Of a stretch of 52,509 nt of DNA, positions 33,451-42,681 are shown piece by piece. Positions within the stretch are counted from its first letter, which is position 1. Every line of letters starts with the position of its first letter. This stretch comes from a virus. The DNA lies in IMG/VR virus record IMGVR_UViG_3300020131_000001, positions 1-52,509 of that record; one strand, written 5' to 3'. The notes below the pieces were generated by a model. It saw only the letters and a program-made list of their open reading frames with translations. It did not search any database and was not told where the DNA came from. The position numbers and the translations under genes are program-made.

Positions 33451-33720
33451 ATGCCGAAGCTAACTCGCGTACAACATGGAAGGCCGCTTGCTCCCGGCGA
33501 ATGGTTTGCCGTTGCTGATAATCCCGAGACGGACAGGCGTTTTGCTGAGCAGTTTCCGATTGTTCTTTGCTGCCCTCAATGCGGAAAGGATTGTTCTGTA
33601 GCAAGGCGCAACCATCAAGTGACTTTCCATGAAGACGGTTCATTTACGGCACACCCTTCGTTTGTATGCCCACATGCGCCTTGTACGTGGCACGTCTTTA
33701 TTACGAAGGGCGAATATTAG
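33451..33720 (+). CDS. Zinc-ribbon protein.
   Basis: CCPQCGKDC...CPHAPC. Confidence 0.5.
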   Translation: MPKLTRVQHGRPLAPGEWFAVADNPETDRRFAEQFPIVLCCPQCGKDCSVARRNHQVTFHEDGSFTAHPSFVCPHAPCTWHVFITKGEY

Positions 33721-33759
33721 GTTGGTGCGGCTAAACAGGACAGACAAAAAGGAGAATTG

Positions 33760-33972
33760 ATGAGTTACGGGGCGATTTGTAAGTACTGCCGACACTGGAC
33801 AACGGAGCATGACGCTAATGGTAAATGCCATTTCAGCCATCAAAACGTTAACAGTGACGCAGAGTGTGAATGCTCTACCTATGAACTTTTGCCGGGAAGT
33901 GACTTTGACCCGTTCGTGGATAAGGTCTGTGACGGCATAGATGACGCGCGCCGAAAAGGACTACTGACTTGA
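33760..33972 (+). CDS. Small Cys/His-rich protein.
   Basis: AAGGAG RBS; CKYCRH...H..CECS. Confidence 0.5.
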   Translation: MSYGAICKYCRHWTTEHDANGKCHFSHQNVNSDAECECSTYELLPGSDFDPFVDKVCDGIDDARRKGLLT

Positions 33973-34352
33973 TTACGGCTGACCAATTACTAGCCCACGC
34001 CATAGGCGACTACATTCTACAGTCGCATTGGATGGCAACGGCTAAGACTAAACAGAGTCTTGCCGCTCTTATCCACGCGACTCTTTATAGTCTGCCGTTT
34101 CTGCTGTTTCGTCCCTCATGGCTGGCGCTATTCGTTATCTGGTCAACACACTTCTTTATTGACCGCTATCGCTTGGCCCGCATGGTTGTGTGGCTCAAGA
34201 ATTTGATGAGTCCGACGCTTCATACATGGGAAGAATGTCAGGGAACAGGCTACCCGAAAGATGCGGCAGCATGGCTAGCGGTGTGGCTACTCATTATCGC
34301 AGACAACATCATGCACGTAACCATAAATGGGTTAGCACTGAAGTATTTATGA
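33969..34352 (+). CDS. DUF3307-like membrane protein.
   Basis: LLAHAIGDYILQSHWMA...HATLY...STHFFIDRY pattern with hydrophobic segments. Confidence 0.5.
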   Translation: MITADQLLAHAIGDYILQSHWMATAKTKQSLAALIHATLYSLPFLLFRPSWLALFVIWSTHFFIDRYRLARMVVWLKNLMSPTLHTWEECQGTGYPKDAAAWLAVWLLIIADNIMHVTINGLALKYL

Positions 34353-34548
34353 TTTTGTTGCTGCATAAGGGTAAGCAAGAGCAAGGGGGAAACGGGCGGG
34401 CTGGCATGAGTTGAAGGCTCAGAGGCCAGCCCTTGACAGAGCAAAGGCCATAGAACTTTGCCCCATCGGTCGCTAAGTCTAGCGGCAGAAAAGGCAAAGG
34501 TAAACAGTGGAACAGGCGAAGCCGCCTATAACTTATGTGAGGAAAATT

Positions 34549-34671
34549 ATGGAAGATAAGAAAGAGAAACAGCCTAAGCCGTTGCCGCAGGATGAACCGA
34601 CACAACCGCCTCCGAAGGAACCCCCCTTAGACCCTCCCGATGAGGGCGACCCGGAAGGGCCTGGGCGCTGA
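34549..34671 (+). CDS. Possible 40-aa Pro/Glu-rich peptide.
   Basis: GAGGAAA RBS. My translation: MEDKKEKQPKPLPQDEPTQPPPKEPPLDPPDEGDPEGPGR. Confidence 0.3.
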   Translation: MEDKKEKQPKPLPQDEPTQPPPKEPPLDPPDEGDPEGPGR

Positions 34672-34673
34672 CC

Positions 34674-35129
34674 ATGAGCGCATCGGCTAAACAAGTCTCT
34701 CCCCTACAGAACGTGGAGCGGGCTTTCTACGTTGGGAGGCGGCGTCACATTGATGAACTGCCTCCCTTCAAGAGATTCATTGTCCGACTTCTATTCGTCT
34801 ACGTGGGCCGTCTTGTTTATTTCCTCTTACGAATACCTGTGCCGGATATAAATGGATTGTGGACGGAAGGGCAGGGGATTTACACAAGCGAAGTTGAGGC
34901 CGACAGGTGTTTGAAGTCTGAAAACTGGCTCTGCATGGAACTGCCTGTCAATCAGTGCTTATCGGAAGGGACGGCGCAGTTCGGCAAGCATTGGTTCGGA
35001 GGTAAACAGAAACTCTATGACAAGAGAGAAATGGATTACCTCCAGATTCCCCGTAAGCAGGTTAGTCGAGATATACAGGGGCTTTCTGAAGCCGTAAAGA
35101 GCCTCAAGAACACGGCAAGCGAATTATGA
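34674..35129 (+). CDS. Hypothetical membrane-associated protein.
   Basis: TM-like segment FIVRLLFVYVGRLVYFLL. Confidence 0.5.
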   Translation: MSASAKQVSPLQNVERAFYVGRRRHIDELPPFKRFIVRLLFVYVGRLVYFLLRIPVPDINGLWTEGQGIYTSEVEADRCLKSENWLCMELPVNQCLSEGTAQFGKHWFGGKQKLYDKREMDYLQIPRKQVSRDIQGLSEAVKSLKNTASEL

Positions 35130-35136
35130 GCATGAG

Positions 35137-35502
35137 ATGCAAGGACTGGCTCAAACCGCGCCCTGGATAAACACGCTCTACAGTGCCGTTACTCTATTGT
35201 TAGGGGGCGGGCTACTTGGCGTTATTGTCAAAAGCCTCTTTGACAGAAAAGAACAGAGGGCAAGGACTGAAAAGATTAGGGCCGAGACAGCAAGAGAAGA
35301 GGCCGAAAGCTACAAGGGATTTTCAGATGCCATGCGAGCCATGCGGCAGGATGTTGATGATGCGGAGGGTAGGCTACGAAAGGCTAAAAGGGAGCGAGAG
35401 AAGTTGGAAGAAAAGATAGCTGATTTAATCCATTCTATTGAATCGAAAGACTCTTACATTCTCAAGTTGGAAGAGAAGGTCAGGCGGTTAGAGAAGAAGT
35501 GA
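35137..35502 (+). CDS. N-terminal TM plus coiled-coil protein.
   Basis: TM segment LYSAVTLLLGGGLLGVIV, followed by charged heptad-like sequence. Confidence 0.5.
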   Translation: MQGLAQTAPWINTLYSAVTLLLGGGLLGVIVKSLFDRKEQRARTEKIRAETAREEAESYKGFSDAMRAMRQDVDDAEGRLRKAKREREKLEEKIADLIHSIESKDSYILKLEEKVRRLEKK

Positions 35503-35780
35503 AAGAGACCATCACGGCGGTTAGTGCAATACTTGGACTCCTGACGTTAATCGTTGGCTTCGTGGTGTTGATTGTGAAGTGGAGTAGGCATACAGCTAAG
35601 ACTGAAAGCGCACTTGAACAGGCGCTTGGTGAACTGGCGAAGCACCTGAATGATAAGAGCATCCATGCTAATGAGGAACTTGAGAAGCTTCGCTACAACA
35701 CCATCAAAGAGGGCATGGAAGACCTGAAATCGGGGCTCAGTAAGATGGGTGACAAAATCGAGGAACTGGGGAAAAGATGA
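35499..35780 (+). CDS. N-terminal TM plus coiled-coil protein.
   Basis: GTGA overlap with the upstream gene. TM segment AILGLLTLIVGFVVLIV. Confidence 0.5.
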   Translation: MKETITAVSAILGLLTLIVGFVVLIVKWSRHTAKTESALEQALGELAKHLNDKSIHANEELEKLRYNTIKEGMEDLKSGLSKMGDKIEELGKR

Positions 35781-36088
35781 ACGAAACGCAAAGCCTTTTC
35801 GTGATGGCCGTTAGTGTCGTGGCAGTCACATGTATGTTGATTGCCGCCTATGACGTTAGAAGCTCTAACGGTCGAACGGCACGGGCCTTCTCTAATCTCC
35901 TGTTTTGTCTCGCTGCCGGAATAGTGTTTGTGACGATTGCTGAATATATGACTCTCAGTTCACGCATAGAAACGCTACTGATTATCAGTGGGCGGTTAGT
36001 CAAAGTCGCGGGTGTAGCTTATTTCATGCACCACTTGAGACGTAAAGCAAAAGAAGCTCGTCAGGATGAGCATACAACAATGCTGTGA
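35777..36088 (+). CDS. Multi-pass membrane protein.
   Basis: ATGA overlap with the upstream gene; three hydrophobic segments. Confidence 0.5.
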   Translation: MNETQSLFVMAVSVVAVTCMLIAAYDVRSSNGRTARAFSNLLFCLAAGIVFVTIAEYMTLSSRIETLLIISGRLVKVAGVAYFMHHLRRKAKEARQDEHTTML

Positions 36089-36337
36089 AGGTTCAATGGG
36101 GAATATTCGCTCTCTACATGGTTATTGTAATGGGAGTGTTTATCTACTGCTTTTGGATACTTAGATGAGATGGAAAACAGCACATAAACGGAAGCGGTCA
36201 AGGCTGCATGGTAATTCATTAGTCGGCACTTACTACCGAACGGGATTTGCCTTGAGGGATTTCGGTAAATCATGCCGCAGAGCAGCCGAATCATTCAGAA
36301 GACTTGCTGGTTTTGGGTTGCCGAAGGATGTTGGGGG

Positions 36338-36901
36338 ATGAGCAAGGAACTGACAACCAAGCAAAAGCTATTCATAGAATCTTATCTATCGAACGGTTTT
36401 AATGCTACCGAAGCAGCTAGGAGGGCGGGCTATAAAGGCAACGAGCATACGTTGTCCAGTGTCGGATATGAAAACCTGAGAAAACCTGAGATTGCTGCCG
36501 TAGTTTCGGAGCGGATAAATGAAGCCGCTATGTCGGCAAATGAGGTAATGGCAAGACTTTCAGCCATTGCGCGCGGCAAGGTAACGGACTTTGAGGACGA
36601 AAGCGGCAACTTCGACTTGAATAAGGCAAAGAGAGCCGGAAAGGATGGACTCTTAAAGAAGCTCAAGCGTAAACGCACACTCAAGCGTGTTGATGTTCGT
36701 TCGGAGGGGGAAGATGAGGCAGAGACTTTGGAAACGTCGCTCATCTTTGAAGAGGTTGAGTTTGAGATGTACTCAGCTCATGAGGCTCTAAGGGATTTAG
36801 GGAAGTTTCATAAGCTCTTTGTAGACAAGCACGAGCATAGCGGGCCGGATGGCTCTGCTATACCGATTTCAATTATTGAGGCCGTAAAGCCTGATGCCTG
36901 A
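36338..36901 (+). CDS. terS: Terminase small subunit (Terminase_2-like).
   Basis: KQKLFIESYLSNGFNATEAARRAGYKGN. Start trimmed from 36272 to ATG 36338. Confidence 0.8.
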   Translation: MSKELTTKQKLFIESYLSNGFNATEAARRAGYKGNEHTLSSVGYENLRKPEIAAVVSERINEAAMSANEVMARLSAIARGKVTDFEDESGNFDLNKAKRAGKDGLLKKLKRKRTLKRVDVRSEGEDEAETLETSLIFEEVEFEMYSAHEALRDLGKFHKLFVDKHEHSGPDGSAIPISIIEAVKPDA

Positions 36902-38192
36902 GTTGATGGAGGTCACAGAAGACGGGCGCTTACGGCTGCACTTCCATTCTGGACAGTGGACGGCATGGGAGTCTCGCAGGCGCTTTGTAGTTGTTCTCGC
37001 TGGCACACAAGGGGGGAAGACATCTTTCGGGCCGCATTGGTTATATAGGGAGATTAAAGAAAAAGGGCCGGGTGATTACATGGTCGTGACTCCTACCTTC
37101 CAACTGCTAGAACTCAAAGCCTTGCCGGAACTCCGCAAGTTGTTTGAAACCATCCTGCGATTAGGGCGCTATGTTGCTTCACCCGTTCGGAAGTTTGTTT
37201 TCTCTGAAGAGGGGGAGATTAAGACCTTCGGACAGAAACAGAGCGTCCCTACTACCGTTTACTTTGGTTACGCGGCTGACCCTGAAAGCCTGGAGTCAGC
37301 TACGGTCAAGGCCGCCTGGTTAGATGAGGCGGGGCAGAAGAAATTCAAGCTGGGGTCATGGGAGGCTGTTCTAAGACGCCTTTCTCTCGCCATTGGGAGA
37401 GTTCTGATAACGACTACGCCCTATGACCTGGGATGGCTGAAACAGAAGCTATGGGATAAGTGGAAGGCTGGGGAAAAAGATGTTGAGATTACCAGATTTG
37501 ACAGCACAGAAAACCCAAGCTTTCCCGTGGAAGAGTTTGAAAGAGCTAGACGCGACCTTCCCGGATGGAAGTTCGATTTATTCTACAGGGCGATATTCAC
37601 AAGGCCAGCAGGGTTAATCTACGACAGCTTTAATGAGGATTTATGCAAGGTTCCGCGCTTTTCAATCCCTGATAAATGGCAGCGTTATTTAGGGCTGGAT
37701 TTCGGCGGCGTCAATACCGCCGGGCTGTTCTATGCAGAGGAGCCGGAGACGGAAAGGCTTTATCTTTACCGTGAATATAAAGCAGGTGGAAGGACGGCCA
37801 AAGAACACGCCGAAGCCTTGTGTAATGGAGAGCCTATGCTGCCTGTTTGCGTTGGCGGTTCTCATTCAGAGGGCCAGTGGCGGCAAGAGTTCAAAGCAGG
37901 TGGTTTACCCGTTCGTGAGCCCGACATTAAAGACGTGGAGATAGGTATAGATAGGGTTTACGGGGCGCACAAGCGAAACGAGATATATGTCTTTGATGGC
38001 CTCTTTGGCTATCTGGAAGAAAAGCAAACATATGCGCGCGAGTTGGATGCTAATGGGGAGCCAACGGAAAAGATAGAAGACAAAAGTACATTTCATTTTA
38101 TGGACGCCGAAAGGTACATCATAGGTTGGCTGAAGAGGAATAAACAAGACTTTGAACTTCCCAAATCCAAGAGTCAGGGGCAACTAGGATGA
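36894..38192 (+). CDS. terL: Terminase large subunit.
   Basis: Walker A LAGTQGGKTS, Walker B AAWLDEAG, and a C-terminal nuclease-sized domain. Overlaps terS by 8 nt. Confidence 0.85.
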   Translation: MPELMEVTEDGRLRLHFHSGQWTAWESRRRFVVVLAGTQGGKTSFGPHWLYREIKEKGPGDYMVVTPTFQLLELKALPELRKLFETILRLGRYVASPVRKFVFSEEGEIKTFGQKQSVPTTVYFGYAADPESLESATVKAAWLDEAGQKKFKLGSWEAVLRRLSLAIGRVLITTTPYDLGWLKQKLWDKWKAGEKDVEITRFDSTENPSFPVEEFERARRDLPGWKFDLFYRAIFTRPAGLIYDSFNEDLCKVPRFSIPDKWQRYLGLDFGGVNTAGLFYAEEPETERLYLYREYKAGGRTAKEHAEALCNGEPMLPVCVGGSHSEGQWRQEFKAGGLPVREPDIKDVEIGIDRVYGAHKRNEIYVFDGLFGYLEEKQTYARELDANGEPTEKIEDKSTFHFMDAERYIIGWLKRNKQDFELPKSKSQGQLG

Positions 38193-39745
38193 AATTTCAA
38201 GACGTAAAATACGATGATGCGATAAAACTCATCATCGAAGACAAAGCAGGTATAAGCTCTCGACTCTTCTATCAGGGCGACCATTTCCAGAAGCGTGAAG
38301 GCTGGATAGGCCCGCCCGCCAAGAAAGAGACTCTATGGAAAGAGATTGAACGGGGATTTGTCTCTAAGAATGTCATTAAGGAAGTTACCAAGCGCCATAG
38401 AGAAGCAGTTGTCGGACGTGAGCCGGATTGGAACCTGACGCCGATTGAAGAAAGAGATGCTGATGAAGATGGCAACGTGCTGTCTGCCGAAGAACTACAA
38501 CTTGTTGATTATCTCATTGAATGGTGGGATTCAAGGAAAGTCCTCAAGAAACTACAGGATGCCGTTACATCTCTACTCGTAGAGGGCCGGGGGTACTTAC
38601 GTATCTTCGTTCCAAAAGAGTTTGTCGAGCAGGCCAATGGAACAATTAACACGAACCAGAATCTACAGGATGCACTGGATTTAATCTATCTGATGGTGCC
38701 GGAACCTTCTCAGGCCGTTGTTTATATTGACCCTAATTCTCAGGCTGAAATAGGAGTCTTTACCTTTGAGGAAAAGAACGACAAAGACGAGGCAGTGAAG
38801 GGAGCGGAGGTTACATTCTTAAGTGGTGAAAATACAGTTATCCGTATCCTGAAAGACGGAAACACCGTAGATGATGGAGAGTTCAACGGGCCGCTAAACA
38901 GGCATCTTTCATTATTCGAGATGTCAGCCGAGCCGCTAATCACGGAACAGGTAAGAAAGAATCAGGCGCTACTCAACATGGCGCTTTCCATGATGCAGAG
39001 AAATGTTGTCTTAGGCGGGTTCCTTGAAAGAGTCCTGATAAACGCTGAATTACCGGACGAGATGGAGGTTGGGGCGTCAACCATAAATGCCGTTGTCGGG
39101 TATGTTGTAAGAGACAAGCAGGGCAATCCTATAACGGATGATTCCGGCAAGCCAACTATTGCAACCCCAGACTTCAAGCGCTTCGACCCCGTACCTGTTC
39201 AGACCTTCACGGACACCGTTGAAACTGCTTACAGGAACATCCTAGAAGAGTGCCATCAACTCCACGCCCTTATATCAGGTGATGCTACTGCTTCGGGTGA
39301 ATCCCGAAAGCAGGCTGCGGAGGATTTCAGGCAGAGCCTTGAGACTACTAAGGCAGAAGTAGACGCCTGTGGTAGATGGTTGATTGAAACGGTTGTAGCT
39401 ATGGCGGCTAGGTTCGCTAATCTTACAGGCCGTTATGATGTGTTGAGGGCATCGTTTGAAGCGAAGATTAATCTTAAAGCTACTTCCGAAGAAATTAACA
39501 CTATGCGAGACCTTGTTAAAGATAAGGTCGCAGCACGGGCAAGGCTACAAATGCTGTTTGGTGTTGACGACCCCGACGCGGAAGACGCCGCTATCCTTGC
39601 CGACGAAGAGAAACTAGAGCCCATCAAGAAAGTTCAGCTACAGAGGCAGGAGATAGGTCTAGCAAGGGATAAGCGATTTACAGACGGCGGCATTGGTAAT
39701 CGAATAGATGAAGGCACTCAGGATGCTACGCAGACAACTCAGTAA
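38189..39745 (+). CDS. Portal protein.
   Basis: 518 aa, immediately after terL with an ATGA overlap; acidic C-terminus. Confidence 0.75.
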   Translation: MKFQDVKYDDAIKLIIEDKAGISSRLFYQGDHFQKREGWIGPPAKKETLWKEIERGFVSKNVIKEVTKRHREAVVGREPDWNLTPIEERDADEDGNVLSAEELQLVDYLIEWWDSRKVLKKLQDAVTSLLVEGRGYLRIFVPKEFVEQANGTINTNQNLQDALDLIYLMVPEPSQAVVYIDPNSQAEIGVFTFEEKNDKDEAVKGAEVTFLSGENTVIRILKDGNTVDDGEFNGPLNRHLSLFEMSAEPLITEQVRKNQALLNMALSMMQRNVVLGGFLERVLINAELPDEMEVGASTINAVVGYVVRDKQGNPITDDSGKPTIATPDFKRFDPVPVQTFTDTVETAYRNILEECHQLHALISGDATASGESRKQAAEDFRQSLETTKAEVDACGRWLIETVVAMAARFANLTGRYDVLRASFEAKINLKATSEEINTMRDLVKDKVAARARLQMLFGVDDPDAEDAAILADEEKLEPIKKVQLQRQEIGLARDKRFTDGGIGNRIDEGTQDATQTTQ

Positions 39746-39755
39746 GGAGATTGCT

Positions 39756-39956
39756 ATGGAAAAGTTTATTAAGGTCGGAGATTCAAGGATTAATGCCGAT
39801 AAGCTATTGCTTATTACGCCCGAAAAGGTAATCAACACAGGTGAAGAAACGGGTTACGCCACACTTGTTTTTGAAGGCAACGTAGAGAGGCAAATCCCTC
39901 TTTGCGGTCAAACCGTTGACGAAATACTTGGGGGTTTAATAGCTGAATCTGTATGA
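39756..39956 (+). CDS. Hypothetical protein.
   Basis: Start trimmed to ATG 39756, which has an AGGAG RBS. Confidence 0.45.
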   Translation: MEKFIKVGDSRINADKLLLITPEKVINTGEETGYATLVFEGNVERQIPLCGQTVDEILGGLIAESV

Positions 39957-40765
39957 GCAGGGAAGCTTTCAAAGCCTATCTAGTCCGATGTGTACAGGAT
40001 GAACTTCTCACGGAAGCTCAGGCCAGAGACTTACTGCGCCAATTCGACAACGATGAACTAGATACCTCGGATATGCCGCTTCCTCTAAATGAAGCGATAG
40101 ACACACCAACGGAAAGGGATGCCGAGTTGGCGATACTAGCCCTAATCACCCTCGGAATGCTGGCTAAAGACGGGCTACAAGCCCTCTCAGACGCCCGTAA
40201 AGATGTTTTGAGGGAAAGGCTACAGGACAGATTCCAAAGTGAAGCCAGAAGGCTCACAGAGGCGCTATACGATGGCTCTAAGCTGGGAATCTGGCAACGC
40301 GGAATGTCCGATTTAATCCGAGACAATATCTTGCAGCAAGCACAGGTCGGATTAGGTGATGTCATCACAGCCGAACGCCTAGCCGAGTTGATACCTGGTA
40401 TTCAGGAACAGCAAGCATTCCTGTCAAGGTTTGCTGATGAAATACGAGCAAGAGACCTTATCGGTCAGCCTATGAGCTTGGGAGAGGCCAGGAATAGAGC
40501 GGAATTATATGCGGGTGCGGGGCGTGCGGAGTGGTTTAGAAGCGATATGAGCATCACAGGCGAAGAGGGGACTGTGATTGATTTTATCAGCCAAGACGAC
40601 GAATCCACCTGTCAGGATTGCTTAGCCGCCGATTCAAGCGGCCCTTATCTACATGATGACCCGACACTTCCAATTCCAGGCTCGGTTTGTTTGGGCGGGG
40701 GGCGGTGTAGATGTGAGCTTAGAGAAAGGTACGCGCCGGAAGAGGCAAGGAGGCTTGCCGCGTGA
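39953..40765 (+). CDS. Head morphogenesis protein (SPP1 gp7 / Mu F-like).
   Basis: The C-terminus CQDCLAA...PGSVCLGGGRCRCEL matches the Mu-F family end motif. It follows the portal gene. Confidence 0.65.
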   Translation: MSREAFKAYLVRCVQDELLTEAQARDLLRQFDNDELDTSDMPLPLNEAIDTPTERDAELAILALITLGMLAKDGLQALSDARKDVLRERLQDRFQSEARRLTEALYDGSKLGIWQRGMSDLIRDNILQQAQVGLGDVITAERLAELIPGIQEQQAFLSRFADEIRARDLIGQPMSLGEARNRAELYAGAGRAEWFRSDMSITGEEGTVIDFISQDDESTCQDCLAADSSGPYLHDDPTLPIPGSVCLGGGRCRCELRERYAPEEARRLAA

Positions 40766-41301
40766 CTTGCATAGCTGGAATATCTCATAAAGGCAAAGTC
40801 TACATGGGGGCCGATAGTTTCGCCCTTGCTGACAGTATTGTTTATTCATGCGATACCAAATTGTTTCGGCGGGGCGAATTTCTTATGGGAGTAGCGGGGG
40901 ATTGGAGATATGCGGAAATCTTAGCCTTCGCATTGGAGTTTCAGCCGCCTTCTGTTGATGCCGATGTAAGGCGGTACATGGCAACGGATTTTACCAAAGC
41001 AATCCGACAGGCCGTGAAGGAATACGGTTTCATGCAGTCAGAGGAGGGCAGAGATAGGGTTGACTCCCGCGCGCTGGTAGGTATTAGAGGATGCCTGTTT
41101 AATTTTGACGGGCTCTTATCTCATCTCTGCATTAAAGAGGGATTCTCTGCTATAGGAAGCGGTACGCATGTAGCTTTAGGTTCTCTGTATGAATCGCAGG
41201 ATAGTGATGCTGACCCCAAGACGAGAATTAATAGAGCATTAAGAGCGGCAGAGGCTTTAACCGATGGAGTGAGAGCGCCGTTTTATATTGAGAGTTTATG
41301 A
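40762..41301 (+). CDS. HslV / proteasome beta-subunit-like Ntn (T1-family) peptidase; candidate prohead protease.
   Basis: GTG-Thr start (M)TCIAGISHKGKVYMGADS, DTKLFRR (the Lys33 position) and FSAIGSGTHVALGS parallel E. coli HslV TTIVSVRRNGHVVIAGDG / KKVRRL / AIGSGGPYA. Confidence 0.6.
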   Translation: MTCIAGISHKGKVYMGADSFALADSIVYSCDTKLFRRGEFLMGVAGDWRYAEILAFALEFQPPSVDADVRRYMATDFTKAIRQAVKEYGFMQSEEGRDRVDSRALVGIRGCLFNFDGLLSHLCIKEGFSAIGSGTHVALGSLYESQDSDADPKTRINRALRAAEALTDGVRAPFYIESL

Positions 41302-41528
41302 GGCGTGCGGAAATCCAACTCAAGCACTGTCAGATTAAGTCAATAGAGAAGGCGCGCATAGTTGCTAATGCCCTTCATGTTCTGGAGACGGAAACGGGCA
41401 TCAAGGAAACCAGAATAACTTTGATTGACTGTTTTATCTGCCCTGATATTACGGATGAAGAGTTGGATACTTTGAATAAGACAGCTATGGAAAAGGCTCT
41501 CAGGTCAATTATTAGGCAACTGAGATGA
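41298..41528 (+). CDS. Hypothetical protein.
   Basis: ATGA overlaps with the genes on both sides. Confidence 0.5.
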   Translation: MRRAEIQLKHCQIKSIEKARIVANALHVLETETGIKETRITLIDCFICPDITDEELDTLNKTAMEKALRSIIRQLR

Positions 41529-41791
41529 GTTCTAACCCAACACAAGGAACAACACAAATCACACAATGCACTCGCATGGGCTGTGCTCACTGCGGCGGGA
41601 CAAGTGGCGTGTTTGTTGACGGTGCTTTCGTCTTTAGACTTAGACACAACGGGCAGATTCACCCTAACGCTATCAGTGCCGAGCAGATTATTCAGGGGAT
41701 AGGCGCGGAGAATGTTTTGAGGAAGTTAATAAAAACAGTTGGCACTCAGAGAATTTATGCTATACTCGGAGACGTAGAGCGCGCGGCCTAA
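41525..41791 (+). CDS. Hypothetical protein.
   Basis: ATGA overlap with the upstream gene. Confidence 0.5.
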   Translation: MSSNPTQGTTQITQCTRMGCAHCGGTSGVFVDGAFVFRLRHNGQIHPNAISAEQIIQGIGAENVLRKLIKTVGTQRIYAILGDVERAA

Positions 41792-41931
41792 GTCCGCGTT
41801 ACAATTTATCAGGCATCTTTTGAGGCCGAATATTTGTTACTCGATTGAGTACAGATGTTCGGCCTCTTTCGTTTTTGTTGCTCCCTTTTAACCAACCCGC
41901 TTGCAGCGGAAACAATGGAGTCCAGCGGACA

Positions 41932-42669
41932 ATGTTGAAACCCTACGATAAGCCGGAAGATATTCCCGACGAACTAAAAGAGCATTACTCAAGACGTGAG
42001 GACGGGAAGTATCACGCCGATATTCCTAACGACCATCCCGCCGTCAAGCACAACGCTACTCTTCTCAGCGAGAAGCAGCAAGCGGAGGAAAAAGCTAGGA
42101 CGGCAGAGGCGGCACTTGAGTCCGCGAAGGCCAGCGGCCTACCACGCGGACACGTTGCCGTCACTACTGCTGACAAGACTTTCCTTGACACTGTGAAATC
42201 ACTCGGCAGCGCCGATGAAATCAAGTCAAAGCTTACGAAGCATGATGAGTTGTTACAGGAGTCCGTTACCCGCCAGAAGGTGGACGCTCTGAAAGAAGCG
42301 GCTAAAGGGGCAGGCTATGACCCTGAGAAGGTTGCCGCACTTGAAGACCGTTTTCCTATCCCTGAATTTCGGGATGTAAAGGTTGGCGACAAAACAGAAC
42401 GCCAGACTTTCTTCAAGGTCAAAGACGGCGACAAGGAAGTAGAACGTTCATTCGCTGAACACCTAGAAGCAGACCCGAAACTAAAGCTTTTATCCGATGG
42501 GTTGAAAGCGCAGGGGGGCGGCACTCCATTCCCAAGACAACCTAGTGGGGGCAGGGCTCCAGCCAGCGATGTCTTTACGAAAATCAGACAGGAAGAAGAA
42601 GACAAGAAGAAGGTACGGAAACCCGCCGCAACTCTGGATGACAGATTCCCGCGCGCCGTTTCCGCCTAA
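41932..42669 (+). CDS. Scaffolding protein (putative).
   Basis: Start trimmed to ATG 41932. Charged, Ala/Lys/Glu-rich and helical. Lies immediately upstream of the capsid genes. Confidence 0.55.
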   Translation: MLKPYDKPEDIPDELKEHYSRREDGKYHADIPNDHPAVKHNATLLSEKQQAEEKARTAEAALESAKASGLPRGHVAVTTADKTFLDTVKSLGSADEIKSKLTKHDELLQESVTRQKVDALKEAAKGAGYDPEKVAALEDRFPIPEFRDVKVGDKTERQTFFKVKDGDKEVERSFAEHLEADPKLKLLSDGLKAQGGGTPFPRQPSGGRAPASDVFTKIRQEEEDKKKVRKPAATLDDRFPRAVSA

Positions 42670-42681
42670 GAGGAGAACTTT

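Noticed and set aside
36272-36337. N-terminal extensions given by the ORF track. Examples are 36272 for terS, 44333 for the signal-peptide protein, 41845 for the scaffold, 22316, 10558..11808 for int, 32206 for the PG-binding protein, and 9851, 10423 and 18398.
   Set aside because: The internal ATGs have good Shine-Dalgarno sequences and remove overlaps. The extensions read as junk or run through a terminator stem.
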